Position numbers and translations under genes: made by a program. Under the pieces are notes generated by a model, which searched no databases, was not told the origin of the DNA, and saw only the letters and a program-made list of their open reading frames with translations. A stretch of 64,000 bases of DNA from Vicugna vicugna (taxonomy: Eukaryota), in NCBI GenBank assembly GCA_013265495.1, contig MU058065.1, positions 3,885,003 to 3,949,002 on the forward strand. Reading direction: 5' to 3'. Shown piece by piece: positions 1 to 11,469 of the stretch (within the stretch, counting starts at the first letter, position 1; each line of letters starts with the position of its first letter).

Positions 1-900
1 GAGTTGTGGTAGAATGCAAAAAGACAAGTTTCCTACCCTTAAAGAATCTGTAATTAAATATGAATGATGAGTAAAAACCAAATAACCACATGTGCAAGTG
101 TATATTCATAAACTATGCTAAGTGGTATAGAGTTAAGAGAGGATGCTATGAGAGCAGGTAACAGAGGACCTGTTCTAGAAGTCAAGGAAGGCTTCTCTGA
201 GAAAGTAACAATAAAGGCAAGATAGTATTTGTAGGTGTTAACTAGACAAAGGGGATGAAGGAGGAGTGATCCAGTCAGCCATAGGGAACAGCATGTGCAA
301 AGGTCCTGAAGCAGGTCAGAGTAGAGAACATATCTTCAAGAAAAAGTGGGAAGTCAATTTGGCTGAAGACTTTGCAGTGGTAGAGAGGATGCCATGTGAG
401 CTTGAAGAGACAGAGGGGGCAAAATCATGTTGCCTTTTGTGAACTACATAAAAGATTTTTCTTTTTCATAAGAGCTGGGGGAAGCCATGGATGTGTTTTA
501 AGCAGGGAAATAGCACAATCACATTTGCTTTAAGAACATTAAGTGAAGAAGGATGAAAGCTGCGATGTGAGTTGGAGACTACAGAGGTGTGATGGCAGCT
601 TGGTCTAGTTCTGTAATGTAGGTGACAGAATTAAGGAAAAGACTTGAAACATGTATGGGAGATAAAAACGTATAAGTCTGAATAATGAATGGAACAAGGG
701 CATTAGGGAGGAGTAAGAGCCAAGGATAACTCCTAGGTTTCTGGCTTCTGCAGCTGAACAGAGAGTGGGGTCATTCACCAAGGCTTCAAACAATGGGAAA
801 GACTAGATGGAGGAAGAAATGGGGATGGCGATGAGGCGGCATCATTAATGAGCTCCGTTTGGTCCTGCTGGACTTTCAACTGTCTTTGGGTTGCCCAAAT
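1..900 (-). mobile_element. LINE-2 (L2) fragment, degraded
   Basis: Typical antisense L2 motifs: aaggaaggcttctctgag, gggaacagcatgtgcaaaggtcctga, aagccatggatgtgttttaagcagg, gataactcctaggtttctggct. Confidence 0.75.
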
Positions 901-1010
901 TGAGAGTGTACCATCTCTAGAGTGAACCTAATAATGTCTGTCCTATAGGATGTTTCTGTGTTTTCCAGGAGTATGTGAATCACAGTTCCTGTCACTGAGA
1001 AGGCCCTCAG

Positions 1011-1493
1011 GTGGTATGTGTGTGTGTATATATATATATATCCCCTCAGCCACAAAAAAGAATGAAATAATGCCATTTGCAGCAATATGGATGGACCTAG
1101 AGATGATCATATTAAGTGAAGAGAAAGACAAATATCATATGATGTCACTTATATGTGGAATCTAAAAAAAAAAATGATACAAATTCTATTTACAAACCTA
1201 AAACAGACTCATGAACATAAAAAACAATCTATGGTTACCAGAGGGGAAAGGGTGGGGAGGGATAAATTAGGGGTTGGGGATTAACAGACACATGTTACTA
1301 TTAATCAAATAGATGAACAACAAGGACCTATGGTATAGCACAAGGAACTCAGTTCCTTGTAATAACATATAATGGAAAAGAATCTGAAAAGAAAAAATAT
1401 ATATATATATGTGTATATGTATAACTAAATCAATTTGCTGTACACCTGAAACTAACATTGTAAATCAACTAGACTTCAATACATTTTTTTAAA
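1011..1493 (+). mobile_element. 5'-truncated cetartiodactyl-type L1 (end of ORF2 plus 3' UTR)
   Basis: Encodes KKNEIMPFAAIWMDLEMIILSE (L1 ORF2p C-terminus), followed by 3' UTR. Perfect 11-bp TSD aaggccctcag at 1000-1010 and 1494-1504. Confidence 0.95.
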
Positions 1494-3567
1494 AAGGCCC
1501 TCAGTAAAGGTGAGGTGACTCCCTGAGGATGACATTATCTGTGCGTGTGCATATGTAATCTTGCATGCCTGTATGTAAATAATCACATCCATACTCTCCG
1601 TTTACATTTAAATTCAGCCGACATAAAGCTCCTGTTATACAGAGGATAGTTCTTGTGTTTCTTATAAACCTCTGAACTTCTGAGTAATTTAATTCCAAAT
1701 ACAAGATTGACAAGATAATATATCGCCAACTTGTGTTGTGCTATCTATTTCTGCCTTAACTGGATGGAGCCTATGAGTTCACAAAGTCAGTGAAAAATAA
1801 AAATAAAAAAAGATGGCATCCTGGTTCTAAATAATTACAGTATTTTAACTTTAATTTAATTACAGCGCACTGAGCAGTCGGCCTTTAAAGCTATGTAGTG
1901 ACTTGCCTCAGCGAGTTAGACGAATCGGTAAACCTCATTATACTCAACACATAAAGGGATACACGTCTCCCACTTTGTAACACTTCCTTAATGTGATCCC
2001 ACAGTGCTGTCAAAGCTGATGCTCGAGCATCTGCAGAACTCGTAGTCTCCTTTTGAAAATAAAAATCCCCTAGTGTGAGGCTTTGCAGGGAAGAGCTCTG
2101 GAGAAAGGAAGCTGGCGAACTGAGAAATAAGCTCTGTCCTGGCAGCATCTCGACTTGGAAGGAGCCGCAAAGCATTGGGAGCTTAATTTTTTTTCTTCTG
2201 ACAGGTGACATAAAGATGATCAATGAAGCCATCACTATCTGTATGTAGATGGGAAAAGAATATTAAGAAACTCCAAGTGAAAATAACATTGCAGTGGACA
2301 TTCGGGGATGCTCCCCTCCATTCCTACATGAGAGATTTCTACGTGACTGGATGTTCGATGCACCTCCTTTGGAAAGTCCTGGACTAAATTAGTGTTATGG
2401 GAAGATGGATAAAGCATTAATCAGCTAAATTAAGTGAAGGTTTTTTTTTTTTAATGGAATGAACAGGTTTATTCCAAAGGAAAACAGCTACCAAAAACAG
2501 GAACAGTTTTTGACCTATTCCTCTAATTCCCCATCTGTTTAACTGACTGACTGTGCAAGCACTAAGAGTCGGGGATGGGATGAGCAGAAATGTGGAAGAG
2601 CTAAGACTCGTTATTAAGTGAAATTTAAAGAAGGTAAATTAGGTTAAGCAGTTGGACAGTGAGAACGACTGGTCAAACGATATTCATGTTTATTGACTTG
2701 ACTGTGGGAGCAGAAGATGAAGTATTTGGGGCAATGAAAATACAGCCGATGACTTGAAAGACATCCAAACTGGAAGGGCTTCTGGCTGGCCCAGATGGCC
2801 CCCGCCCCCTACAGGCTGGAATAAACCTGTGGTGTTAGCATGACGTGGTACCAGGGTATCTGGACTGGTACCAAATAACAGGCCTAGAATCCCCGGAATA
2901 TTAAACAGTGACGTAGCTTTATTTATTTACTGATGAATTGTCAGGGATGGTCTGGCCTCTGTGGTTTGGATAAAAACGCATTTCTTTTTCTTTTTCTGTT
3001 TCTCCTATCCCCGCCTCCATTAGACTTTGGTCTAGATTTGCATTGGTGGGGGCCTTCCAAAGAGGCTGGAGTCGGAGAAAAGAGATTTCGCACACGGAGC
3101 TGCACAAATCAGGCCGTGGTGAGACGCGCCCAGAGCCCACTGCAGAGAAGGCCCTCTGCTTTCTGCTGCTGAGTGCTTTCCACGGCCTCCCCTGGAGGAT
3201 TCAGGAGTTTTCTCCTGCAAAAAGCAGATCTCGGAAAATTTTTTCAAAATGATGAGGGTTTGGCATGAGAACTGACTTCATCTCTACTCTTACTTTTTCT
3301 TTTTTTTTTCCCCTCTGGCCTCCGACAAGCCTGGTGGGTTTTCAAATAACATACGTGGTTTAAGAGGGCTTAGTGGGAAGAACAGTATTTTTCCAGGACT
3401 CAGTAAAGTCAGGGCACCTGTTTATTGGTAGGTGTGTATTTTAGTCCAGGTGACATTCAGGAATCCAACTCGCCTCCGTTCCCAGTGTTTCTCTCCCTGA
3501 CTTCTTCCCAGCTGTGCCTTCAACCCAAGTGGAGACGTCTCCAGATCTCATCTCTCTCTTCTAGTTC

Positions 3568-3738
3568 TTTTTTTCCCCACATGTTTTGCCTTTTTTTTTC
3601 TTTCTTTTGTTTCATGTAGGAGAGGTAATTGGGTTTATTTATTTATTTGTTTATATTTGGAGGAGGCACTGGGGATTGAACCCAGGACCTCCTTCACGCG
3701 AAGCATGTGCTCTACCACTCAAGCTGTACCCTCCCCCT
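3568..3738 (-). mobile_element. tRNA-Ala-derived SINE (Vic-1-like, camelid)
   Basis: Reverse complement head ggggagggtacagcttgagtggtagagcacatgc...ggtcctgggttcaatccccagtgcctcc has A and B boxes and resembles tRNA-Ala(AGC); A-rich tail. Perfect 13-bp TSD tctcttctagttc at 3555-3567 and 3739-3751. Confidence 0.9.
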
Positions 3739-5012
3739 TCTCTTCTAGTTCCTACCTTTCTACTTCCTTGGGTCTGGTTTCATTCTCCTCGTCAGAAACA
3801 AAACACCTTCCTTTCTACATGGATCCCCACTTATCCCCACTCTTTTCTCACAGTTCAGCCTGTATTAACCTGTAAGAAGTATTCTGACTTTCCCGTGGGG
3901 CCATACTCCCGTATGACAGTAAACATGTCTCTTACTTTCCTACTTTCCGTGGACATTCGCTGCCAGCCTGGAACATTTTCCCCTAGTTCATCCTTTCCTA
4001 GGTGACTCTTGCTGACTCCAGTGACCAATTACAGCCTTCTTCTGATGGTTCTTGCGCCCTTTCAAGTTAGATCAGATCTGATTTCTGTTTCTGCAAACAG
4101 TTTTCCTTTTGCTTTCAGCCTCCACCAAGACCCTTCCTCCTGCCCTCCCTCCCTCTCCCTCTCTCTCTCACACACACACTCACACAACAGTCAGCAGGAA
4201 CATGGTCTGCCCTTAGCTGATACTTTTGAATTCCCACATGAAGCTTCCAGCCACTGAGCCCATCATTCTTTTTCTACCCTAACATTTCTAAAACTATTTG
4301 GCATTTGATAATTTCTCATAGGTCCATTGGAACAAAAGGAGCGTGTGAATGTGGTGGGGGGAGTCCCACTGCCACAGATCTGATGTCAGCTGCCGTCTAC
4401 CCAGGGCGACGGTTCAGAACGTGTGCGATCTGTACCAGGTACAGCTAGAGGCACAGACAGCACATGTAAGGGATCTCATTCAAAGCAGCAGGGCGCCTGT
4501 CAGGGATATGAATACTGCAGCTCCACAGTTCCTTTTATGATTTTTATGATTATTTTGAATTTTCCGTGGCAGTATCTACCGAGTCAGAGTAGCAATGACT
4601 TGTTAGCACTATGTGAGTATAGGACTAGATGAGGGAGCTGAAATGAAATTTGTCATCCCGCACAGATATAATGACACTTTCATACCAGGGTGATGACTAT
4701 TTTTAAAAACACACATTCCAATAGCAATGGAAGTCATTTTCTCTTTTATTTTTCCTATTCCTCACCTTAAAATTGTTCTGTTTTATACGATATAAAGATA
4801 GTGGTTTCTATCCAAAATTTATAAATAGAGCCTGGGAGGATGAGTTTTTATAACTGGAAAGTGAATTTCCCTTGTTATACCCCAACTAAAGAAATAATGA
4901 TACATTTCTCTGCTTCCAAAATAAAAATATTTAAACGTTGTTTAGTTGTGTTCTGTGCCTTAAGTGTTTACTCTGGGAGAAGATTGTATTTTCTATTCTA
5001 GGTGCAGAGTTG

Positions 5013-5018
5013 TTTTTG

Positions 5019-5048
<30 letters not shown>
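5013..5048. repeat. (TTTTG)n microsatellite
   Basis: Directly visible pentanucleotide run. Confidence 0.9.
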
Positions 5049-5051
<3 letters not shown>

Positions 5052-5642
5052 TGTTTCCAGTGTTGATACAGAAACATTCAATTTTTTTTTAAAAGGTAAC
5101 TTCCAGGTCTAGGTGAAAATGTCTTTGGAAAATGTGGGTTTTGATCTGTGTGCCCTGAGAGATAATGTGCAGCTTCCTCTGCATCTATTGGGAACAGAAC
5201 ACAGGTGCTGAGGGAAGCAGAGGACGGTAAACTTGGGTCTGACCCAGGATGGGCAGAGTGAGGAAACTGAGGGATCAGCTTCCCCAAAATGGTACTTCCC
5301 CAAAGGCACAGTGCATCTCAATAAATGGAACCTGCCCCTCAACCACTGAGCACCACGTGGTCGGTGCCCTTTCCAGAAAAGTCACAGCCCTGTTACCTGA
5401 TTGTGGACATGGAGTCTAAACAAGTGTCCACAGTTGCTCCCCCAACACATACATCTGGGCTCCCTTCACTTCAAACAGAGCTGCCTTTGCTCACAGGAAG
5501 CTTGGAGTCTTGTCTGTCTCTCAGCCTCCCTCCTCCTTCCCGTTCCTATGTCTCAGCACCAATAACCTTGGGCCAACCTTCCCGGTTCCTCCGTGGTTAG
5601 ATCCAGAGACGGCACTTTTCCATCTATCCACTGCCTCCCCCA

Positions 5643-6157
5643 TCTTTTTGCCCCAGCTTCACTGAGGTATAACTGGTATACCAAAAAACTGCACATAATT
5701 AATGCATACAATTTGGTGATTTTGGACACATGTATATACTTAGGTTACCATCATCATCATTCAGGTAATAAACATAACCATTGCTTCTAAAAGTTTCTCT
5801 GTGTCTCTTTGTTTTGTTTTGCTTTCGTGGTAAGAACACTCAATGCTTGACATGAGATGCACCCTTTTAGCAAACTTCTGAGAGCACAATACCTTATTGT
5901 TGACTAAGGGCACCACGTGGTACAGCAGATCTCTGGAACTTACGCCTCTTGTGTGACTATAACTTCTTTCCCATTGACCAACCGTTCCTCGTATTCCCTC
6001 CCACTGCCCCTTGGTAAACCACAATTCTATTGTCTATTTCTCTGCTTTTGACTATTTTAGATGCCCATATAAGAAAGATCACACAGTATTTGCCCTTGTG
6101 GGACTGATTTATTTGGCTCAGCATAATGTCGTCCAGGTCCACCCATGTTGTCACAAG
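5643..6157 (-). mobile_element. L1MA8/9-like L1 3' end
   Basis: Antisense L1MA-type 3' UTR motifs (cagcttcactgaggtataact, gtacagcagatctctggaact). Minus ORF 5957-6154 gives TTWVDLDDIMLSQINQ, like the L1 ORF2p end. Confidence 0.85.
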
Positions 6158-7169
6158 TATCTATTTCCTGATTTCAATATAGAGTGACGATTATCCTTGG
6201 CTCCTGGCATCCATTAGATTGAGAAACCAGTATCTCACTAGCCTTGATCTCCTTATGTGGTATGACTTAGAGACTAGAAATTTCTTTTCCCATTAGGCAT
6301 GAGAACAAGAAGACACTGAACTGGTGAAGGGAAAAAAAGAATCCATCTTGTCACTTCAGGCATTAACTTTTGTTTCAATAACCATGAATTTGGGCTATTA
6401 TCTTTAGAATTTAAAGTAGTAAAAAATTAATTTGAGCCTTCTTGAGATCTTGGTTACATAGAAAAAGCCTCCTTTGAGTCTGTTTCCTTTTTACTTTTTG
6501 ACATCTGCTTTTTTTCACCAGGAAACTACATCTGCTCTTTTGCTCATAAAGAAGGAGCAAATAGAGTTAAAAAGCTGCTAAGTCACTTATTAAAATCCCT
6601 ATCATAAGTGATTGGCAGAACAGGGGTTAGAATTCAGAATTCCTGGGGTGTCCGAGGCATCAGCCCAGGTAACCCTAAGTTCTGAAAGATCCCTTTGAGT
6701 ATAGCTAAATTTTACCCAAATTCATCTAATCTGTGAACAACTCAGGAATATAAGGAAAAGTCTTTGACCCACTTAAGCAAAACTAACTGACGCAAGTAGT
6801 AGTTGATGCCCAGTATTGTCTTGTTCAGAACTGAACATTTCTATGGTGAGTAAGGAAATTCAGCTGAACATTGAGTCGTCTACCATTCAAAGAGCAAATC
6901 TGATCCTTCTCAGGACCACCTGGCTTTGGGCAAGATGGGTACCAGTGCCTTTGCTTGGGGAGTTACACAGAAGGAGCGCTGGGTACAAAGAGCGTATCTC
7001 AGGGTGTGATGTGTTGGTCTCCACGGTTCTAGCAGTCCATTATACAGTTTGCAGGCAGTTTGACAGTTTCAGAGGAAATGCAAAGAATGATTTATTCACA
7101 GACATTGCTAAATTTGAAAGGTGCGATGAATGATTAAATTCTGAAAGAGCCTGCTTATTCTACAAGCAC

Positions 7170-7600
7170 TGCAGTGGCCCTTTCCTCCCTGCCGGTTCAC
7201 TCAGTAAAGAGGGCGTGGTTTATCTTGACTAACTCATTCTCGCCTCATTTGCATATTTTTGTTTACTTTTGCTAGATTTCCACAATTCAGTCTTACTTTT
7301 CTAAGGTGCTATATTCTTGATGCGCAGAAATGGACCGGGGGCTCAAAAGTTGTTAACTGAAGCGTGAAGAGTAGAGATGAAACTAGTAAAGCAAATGCCA
7401 CAGCTTTGAACAACAGGGCAAATACAAATAGTGAACAAGGGCTTAGATGAAAATACAGAATGTGACTCTGCCTGTGCTGAGGTAACTGAATTTCTAAATG
7501 TGATGAATTCTCACAAGCTGTAAAAGAAAAGTGCAAATAAGAACAACAGATGTCTGAAAATCTTATTCTGTTGGACCAACCTTCCATTTTCCCTCAAGAT
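7170..7600 (+). mobile_element. Possible hAT-Charlie transposon 5' relic
   Basis: cagtgg near 7171, then aaatggaccgggggctcaaaag (MDRGLK, compare the Charlie transposase start MDKWLK) and purine-rich coding-like sequence. Recalled resemblance only. Confidence 0.3.
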
Positions 7601-8434
7601 TTCAGTACTCCATCTGATACCAAACTTTGTCAAATAGTGGCATAGGGCCACCAAATTTTCAAATTGTTCTGAAGTATAATCAACACACTAGACAGTTCAT
7701 CAAATTTTTTTCAGAACAACCATTCAATAACACTTTCTGCCATTCAATGAGCAAATTTCATTTCTGAAGGCTGAGGAAAAGCCCTTCTTTTGTAGGCAAA
7801 AGAAGTGAAACAAAACATGCAAAAAACAAAAACAAAACACTGTTCCAACAGCAACGTGGTTGACAAGCTTATAAAATTTAATGACAAATATTATGCTGGG
7901 AGAGGAAGCAGTACCAGCTACTGGGAAAATCCTATTATCAAAGGATGCTATTGAATGTCATGTCACATCAATTGCATGGGAGCAGATACTTTGCTTTATA
8001 GTTACTAAGACCATTGATGTCTGAGTATGTGAATCAGCTCTTGCCAAGTAGGAAAAGGTATTCGAGAAAATAGAGCAAATATTTACTGAGAATTTTCTCT
8101 GTACAATGTGCCTCGGAGTTCCATCTCTTTAGTCAACCTCAAAGTCCTAAGAAGTAGGTATCATTCTTATCCCTCCTTAATAGCTCAGAAAATCACAGCC
8201 TGGCAAGGTTAGAGGTACAGCCAAAGAGCTTGACTACCAAGGAGTCATCTCCAGAGCATCAGCAATCACAATCCATTGCTTACGGGGCAGAAAACTTGAT
8301 GATGTTTTCCTTTGTTTAACACTGAAATATATGTCAAAGGGACACAATTATTCATTTTACCAGAATGACTTGCCAAGTACATTGGGATCGGTATTGACGA
8401 AAACCCATAGAACAAACCTCAATTCCTAAGCATA

Positions 8435-8890
8435 TTTTTCCAGTTTGAGCTCTCTAGGAAGCAACCTCTGAGAGAGAAGTTAGCATTCAGGATGTCTGTT
8501 AAGGATTGTTCTTGGAATTACCTGTGACATGGAAGGGAAGGACGCAGGATCGGGAGGAGGGAGACGTGAACAGTGCCATTTAAATCCTCGGTGGACTTCT
8601 TGGAGATCTCTGGAGGAGCAGGGATGGCCAGTCACATTGTCGTAAGTTTGAGCAAAGGGGTCAGGCTTTTATGACCGTGTAGGTCAGGTATTGGCTGTGG
8701 GCTGCCCTTGGAAGGAGTTGTTACCTCTAGCACCACAGAGGGCTGACAGGTGAGGGTCCCCTTCCAGAGGTGCTCCCAGTAGGTGGATGATTAAGTCTCT
8801 TATTCCCAAAGGGGCCTCTTGTTAGAGCCCACACTCCAGTGCTCTCGGGGGAAATGGGCAGTGACGTCAGTCCATTGCTTTTCCACCATA
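8435..8890 (-). mobile_element. LTR16-like ERVL solo LTR
   Basis: Antisense match to recalled LTR16 motifs (ggaagcaacctctgagagagaagttagc, gcaggatcgggaggagggaga, ttggctgtgggctgccc). Carries a perfect CRE tgacgtca at 8862-8869. Confidence 0.7.
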
Positions 8891-9779
8891 GAATATTCTC
8901 ATTGTCGAGGAAAAGAAGCACAAACTTAAAAAAAAAAAAAAAGTAATGCTGATTGAATCAGTTACAATTCCAATCGTTTTTCAGTGAATGTGTAAATTGT
9001 GTGTCACAGTCATATTCAGTATCTAGAGCAGCCCAATCTCCAGGGCTGGTGTGCCATTCATTTTAGCTGGATTATAAATATCAGGACTTCTCAAAAGCCA
9101 GAGTTGGGGTGGAAAGTCTTAATCACTAATAGTTTGCCTCTTTTTAAAAACATTTAAAAAAATTCAGTACCAAAACACCCAGGGAGGTGCATTTGGGTAC
9201 ATTGGAAACACACACACACATATGCACATGCACACACACAGTCCACATATTAAAGAATAAGACATGGAAAATGCAACAAAGAGGGGACTCAAAATCCGTT
9301 TGTCATTACTTACCAAATTGAAATATTTAACCCTGCAGCTTCTGAGAATAAGCTTTGTTGAAAAGTGGACTGTGGTTAAAAAAAAATTCTGTAGTTTCTG
9401 GATCTATGTTTTATCTGAATATATGGAACTGTTTGGCATTTTAAGCAGCCCATAATTGTGAGTGTGGATTACCAAGCTTGGTAAAAATAAAATGTAAGGT
9501 AAGAAACTGTAGAATGTAAAAGCAGCCCAGGGGCTTGGGATCTCTGACACTAAACTAAAAGCTCCCCCGTTGGAAGAATTGCAGGAGTATTGTTCATTCG
9601 CTGATGAGAAATGATTATCATCATTATTCTTAATTTTGAAATATTGTATTTTTAATACATTTCATAATTGTGGGAAACATTTTTTAAACGTACTCAAAAT
9701 GAGTGGCCAGCCCATGTGCCAAATGTTGGCTGAGGGATCCATAGAAACGACATCACTGAGAAACACAGTTAACAGAAGG

Positions 9780-9885
9780 AAGACCAGATACTGGGGTCTA
9801 ATTCTGACTCTGCTGTAGTAGAGCTTTGTGACTTGGGCTGATCGTTTACCAATCTGGACCTATGTCCTTTCATCTTTAAATAAAA
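9780..9885 (+). mobile_element. MIR fragment
   Basis: ctggggtctaattctgactctgct...tgtgacttgggc...catctttaaa core. Confidence 0.6.
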
Positions 9886-9899
9886 GGTTTTGTTTACAT

Positions 9900-10122
9900 C
9901 AGAGTTTTTCAGTTTCATCAGATCAACATTCAGGGCCAGGTAATTTGTGTTGGGGGAGACAGTTTCCTTTTGCACTGTAGGACATTTGGTAGCATCCCTG
10001 GTCTCTACCTACTTAGAAAGCAGTAGGGCCCCCCCCCTTCCCAGCATTTTGAGGACCACAAATATATTTAGGCATTGCCAAATACTCCCTGGGTGACAAA
10101 TGGTCCCCAGCTGGGAATCAGG
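9900..10122 (+). mobile_element. MER20 (hAT-Charlie non-autonomous DNA transposon)
   Basis: Near full-length match to recalled MER20: tgcactgtaggacatttggtagcatccctggtctctacc...gcattgccaaatactccctggg. Confidence 0.85.
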
Positions 10123-10284
10123 GGTTCAGATATTTTCCAAGGCCAAATCAACTTTGAAATTCTATGAATTTCATGAAGTCTCCCTGACACGTATGTTTGT
10201 GACTTTAAAAACCAGGACTTGATGATTTGAAAAATTCTCAATATTTCTATATGGCATGTGAAACTGAAATTTAAAAAAAAAGTT

Positions 10285-11207
10285 TCTAAAAGCAAGGCAT
10301 GAGAAAAAGCCAAAAATGTGGCTGTACAACATTTCACTAAAACTTTTAGTAAAACTCTGAAAGATCACAAGCTCAGAGTACTCAGTAGAAGGAGCTTGAG
10401 GGTCATAGATCTTCTCCATCAAATGAAGCTTAAAGACATTGTCTCTCAGCCATCTCAGCAGAAGCTAAAAATAGAGAAGAGATTATCCACAGATGATCTG
10501 TTGAAGAACCTTTCATCTAATGGAGTGAACATCCATGAAATCCATACCCGCAAGGTTCCTGAGAATTTGATGTCAGTGTAAATACTGCCAGCCTGAATGG
10601 GCAGGCACAGAGAAATTACAAAGGCTCTCATACCCCTCAGTCTCTTGATAGGAGGCAGTTGATAAAGCTACTCAGATGAAATTGCATGCTACCATTTTCA
10701 CAAAAAAGGAAGGATGAATCTGATGGCAAAACACAGAGGGTGAAGCCCAGAACACAGAGGTTAGAGTTGAATGCCACAGAAAGCTTGACAGCTAGAAAAG
10801 TTTGACCAGCTGGATTTCAAAACTGCTTTGTACCAGTGATTACTTTATATTTTCCATTTTACCCCTTTTCAAATCTGAATGTCTTATAACTGTTATCCTA
10901 TGGCTGCCCTACCCTTGTATGTTAGGTGTAGATGACTTGTTTCTTTAATTCCACAGATGCACCGATGGAAGTAAATTATGATCAGGAGCTTCAGCTGCAT
11001 TTGACGTAGATGATTGAGATGATGAGATTTAGGACTTTGAGATAATGAGATTTAGGACTTTGAGTTGATGAGATTTAGAAAAGATTTCTGGGGGGGGGCT
11101 TTTAGTAATATTATCATGGGATGAGACACTTGGAAACCTTGAGAGGGAGGATGTGAATGTATTTTGCATTTGAAAGCTATGTGAATCTTTGGTGGCTGTG
11201 CATGAGT
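10285..11207 (+). mobile_element. MaLR (MLT1-type) internal region
   Basis: MaLR-internal-like sequence (aatgtggctg..., ccagctggatttcaaaactgct, gtgaatgtattttgcat) directly abutting an MLT1 LTR start. Confidence 0.65.
11018..11079. repeat. 23-bp tandem repeat, about 2.7 copies
   Basis: gatgatgagatttaggactttga / gataatgagatttaggactttga / gttgatgagatttaga. Confidence 0.9.
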
Positions 11208-11466
11208 TGTGGTAGGCAGAATTTCTAAAATGCTACTGTCTTCCCCAAATATGTTCTACTTCAATCCCTGGAACCTGTGAACATGATGAGATATCACTCT
11301 ATGATTACAGTATGTCCCATGCATGGCACAGCTGACTTTAAGATAGGGAGATTTACAAGTGGGCCTGATCTAATTCCACAATCCCTTAAAAGCAGAAGAG
11401 GAAAACAGAGAGCTCCAAAGAATGAGAAAACAGATGAGTGGCCTTAAGGAGCTGCAAATGACCCCA
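11208..11466 (+). mobile_element. MLT1E/F-like MaLR 3' LTR, truncated
   Basis: Begins tgtggtaggcagaatttctaa; contains acctgtgaacatgatgagatatcactc and gggagatt...gtgggcctgatctaat. Confidence 0.8.
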
Positions 11467-11469
11467 GTA

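Noticed and set aside
3586..4005. Longest ORF in the window (139 aa)
   Set aside because: Starts in a SINE tail and runs through pyrimidine-rich DNA; no recognisable domain.
11018..11079. Short direct repeats as a CRISPR-like array (also 43750-43785)
   Set aside because: Units are contiguous without spacers, in a eukaryotic repeat context.
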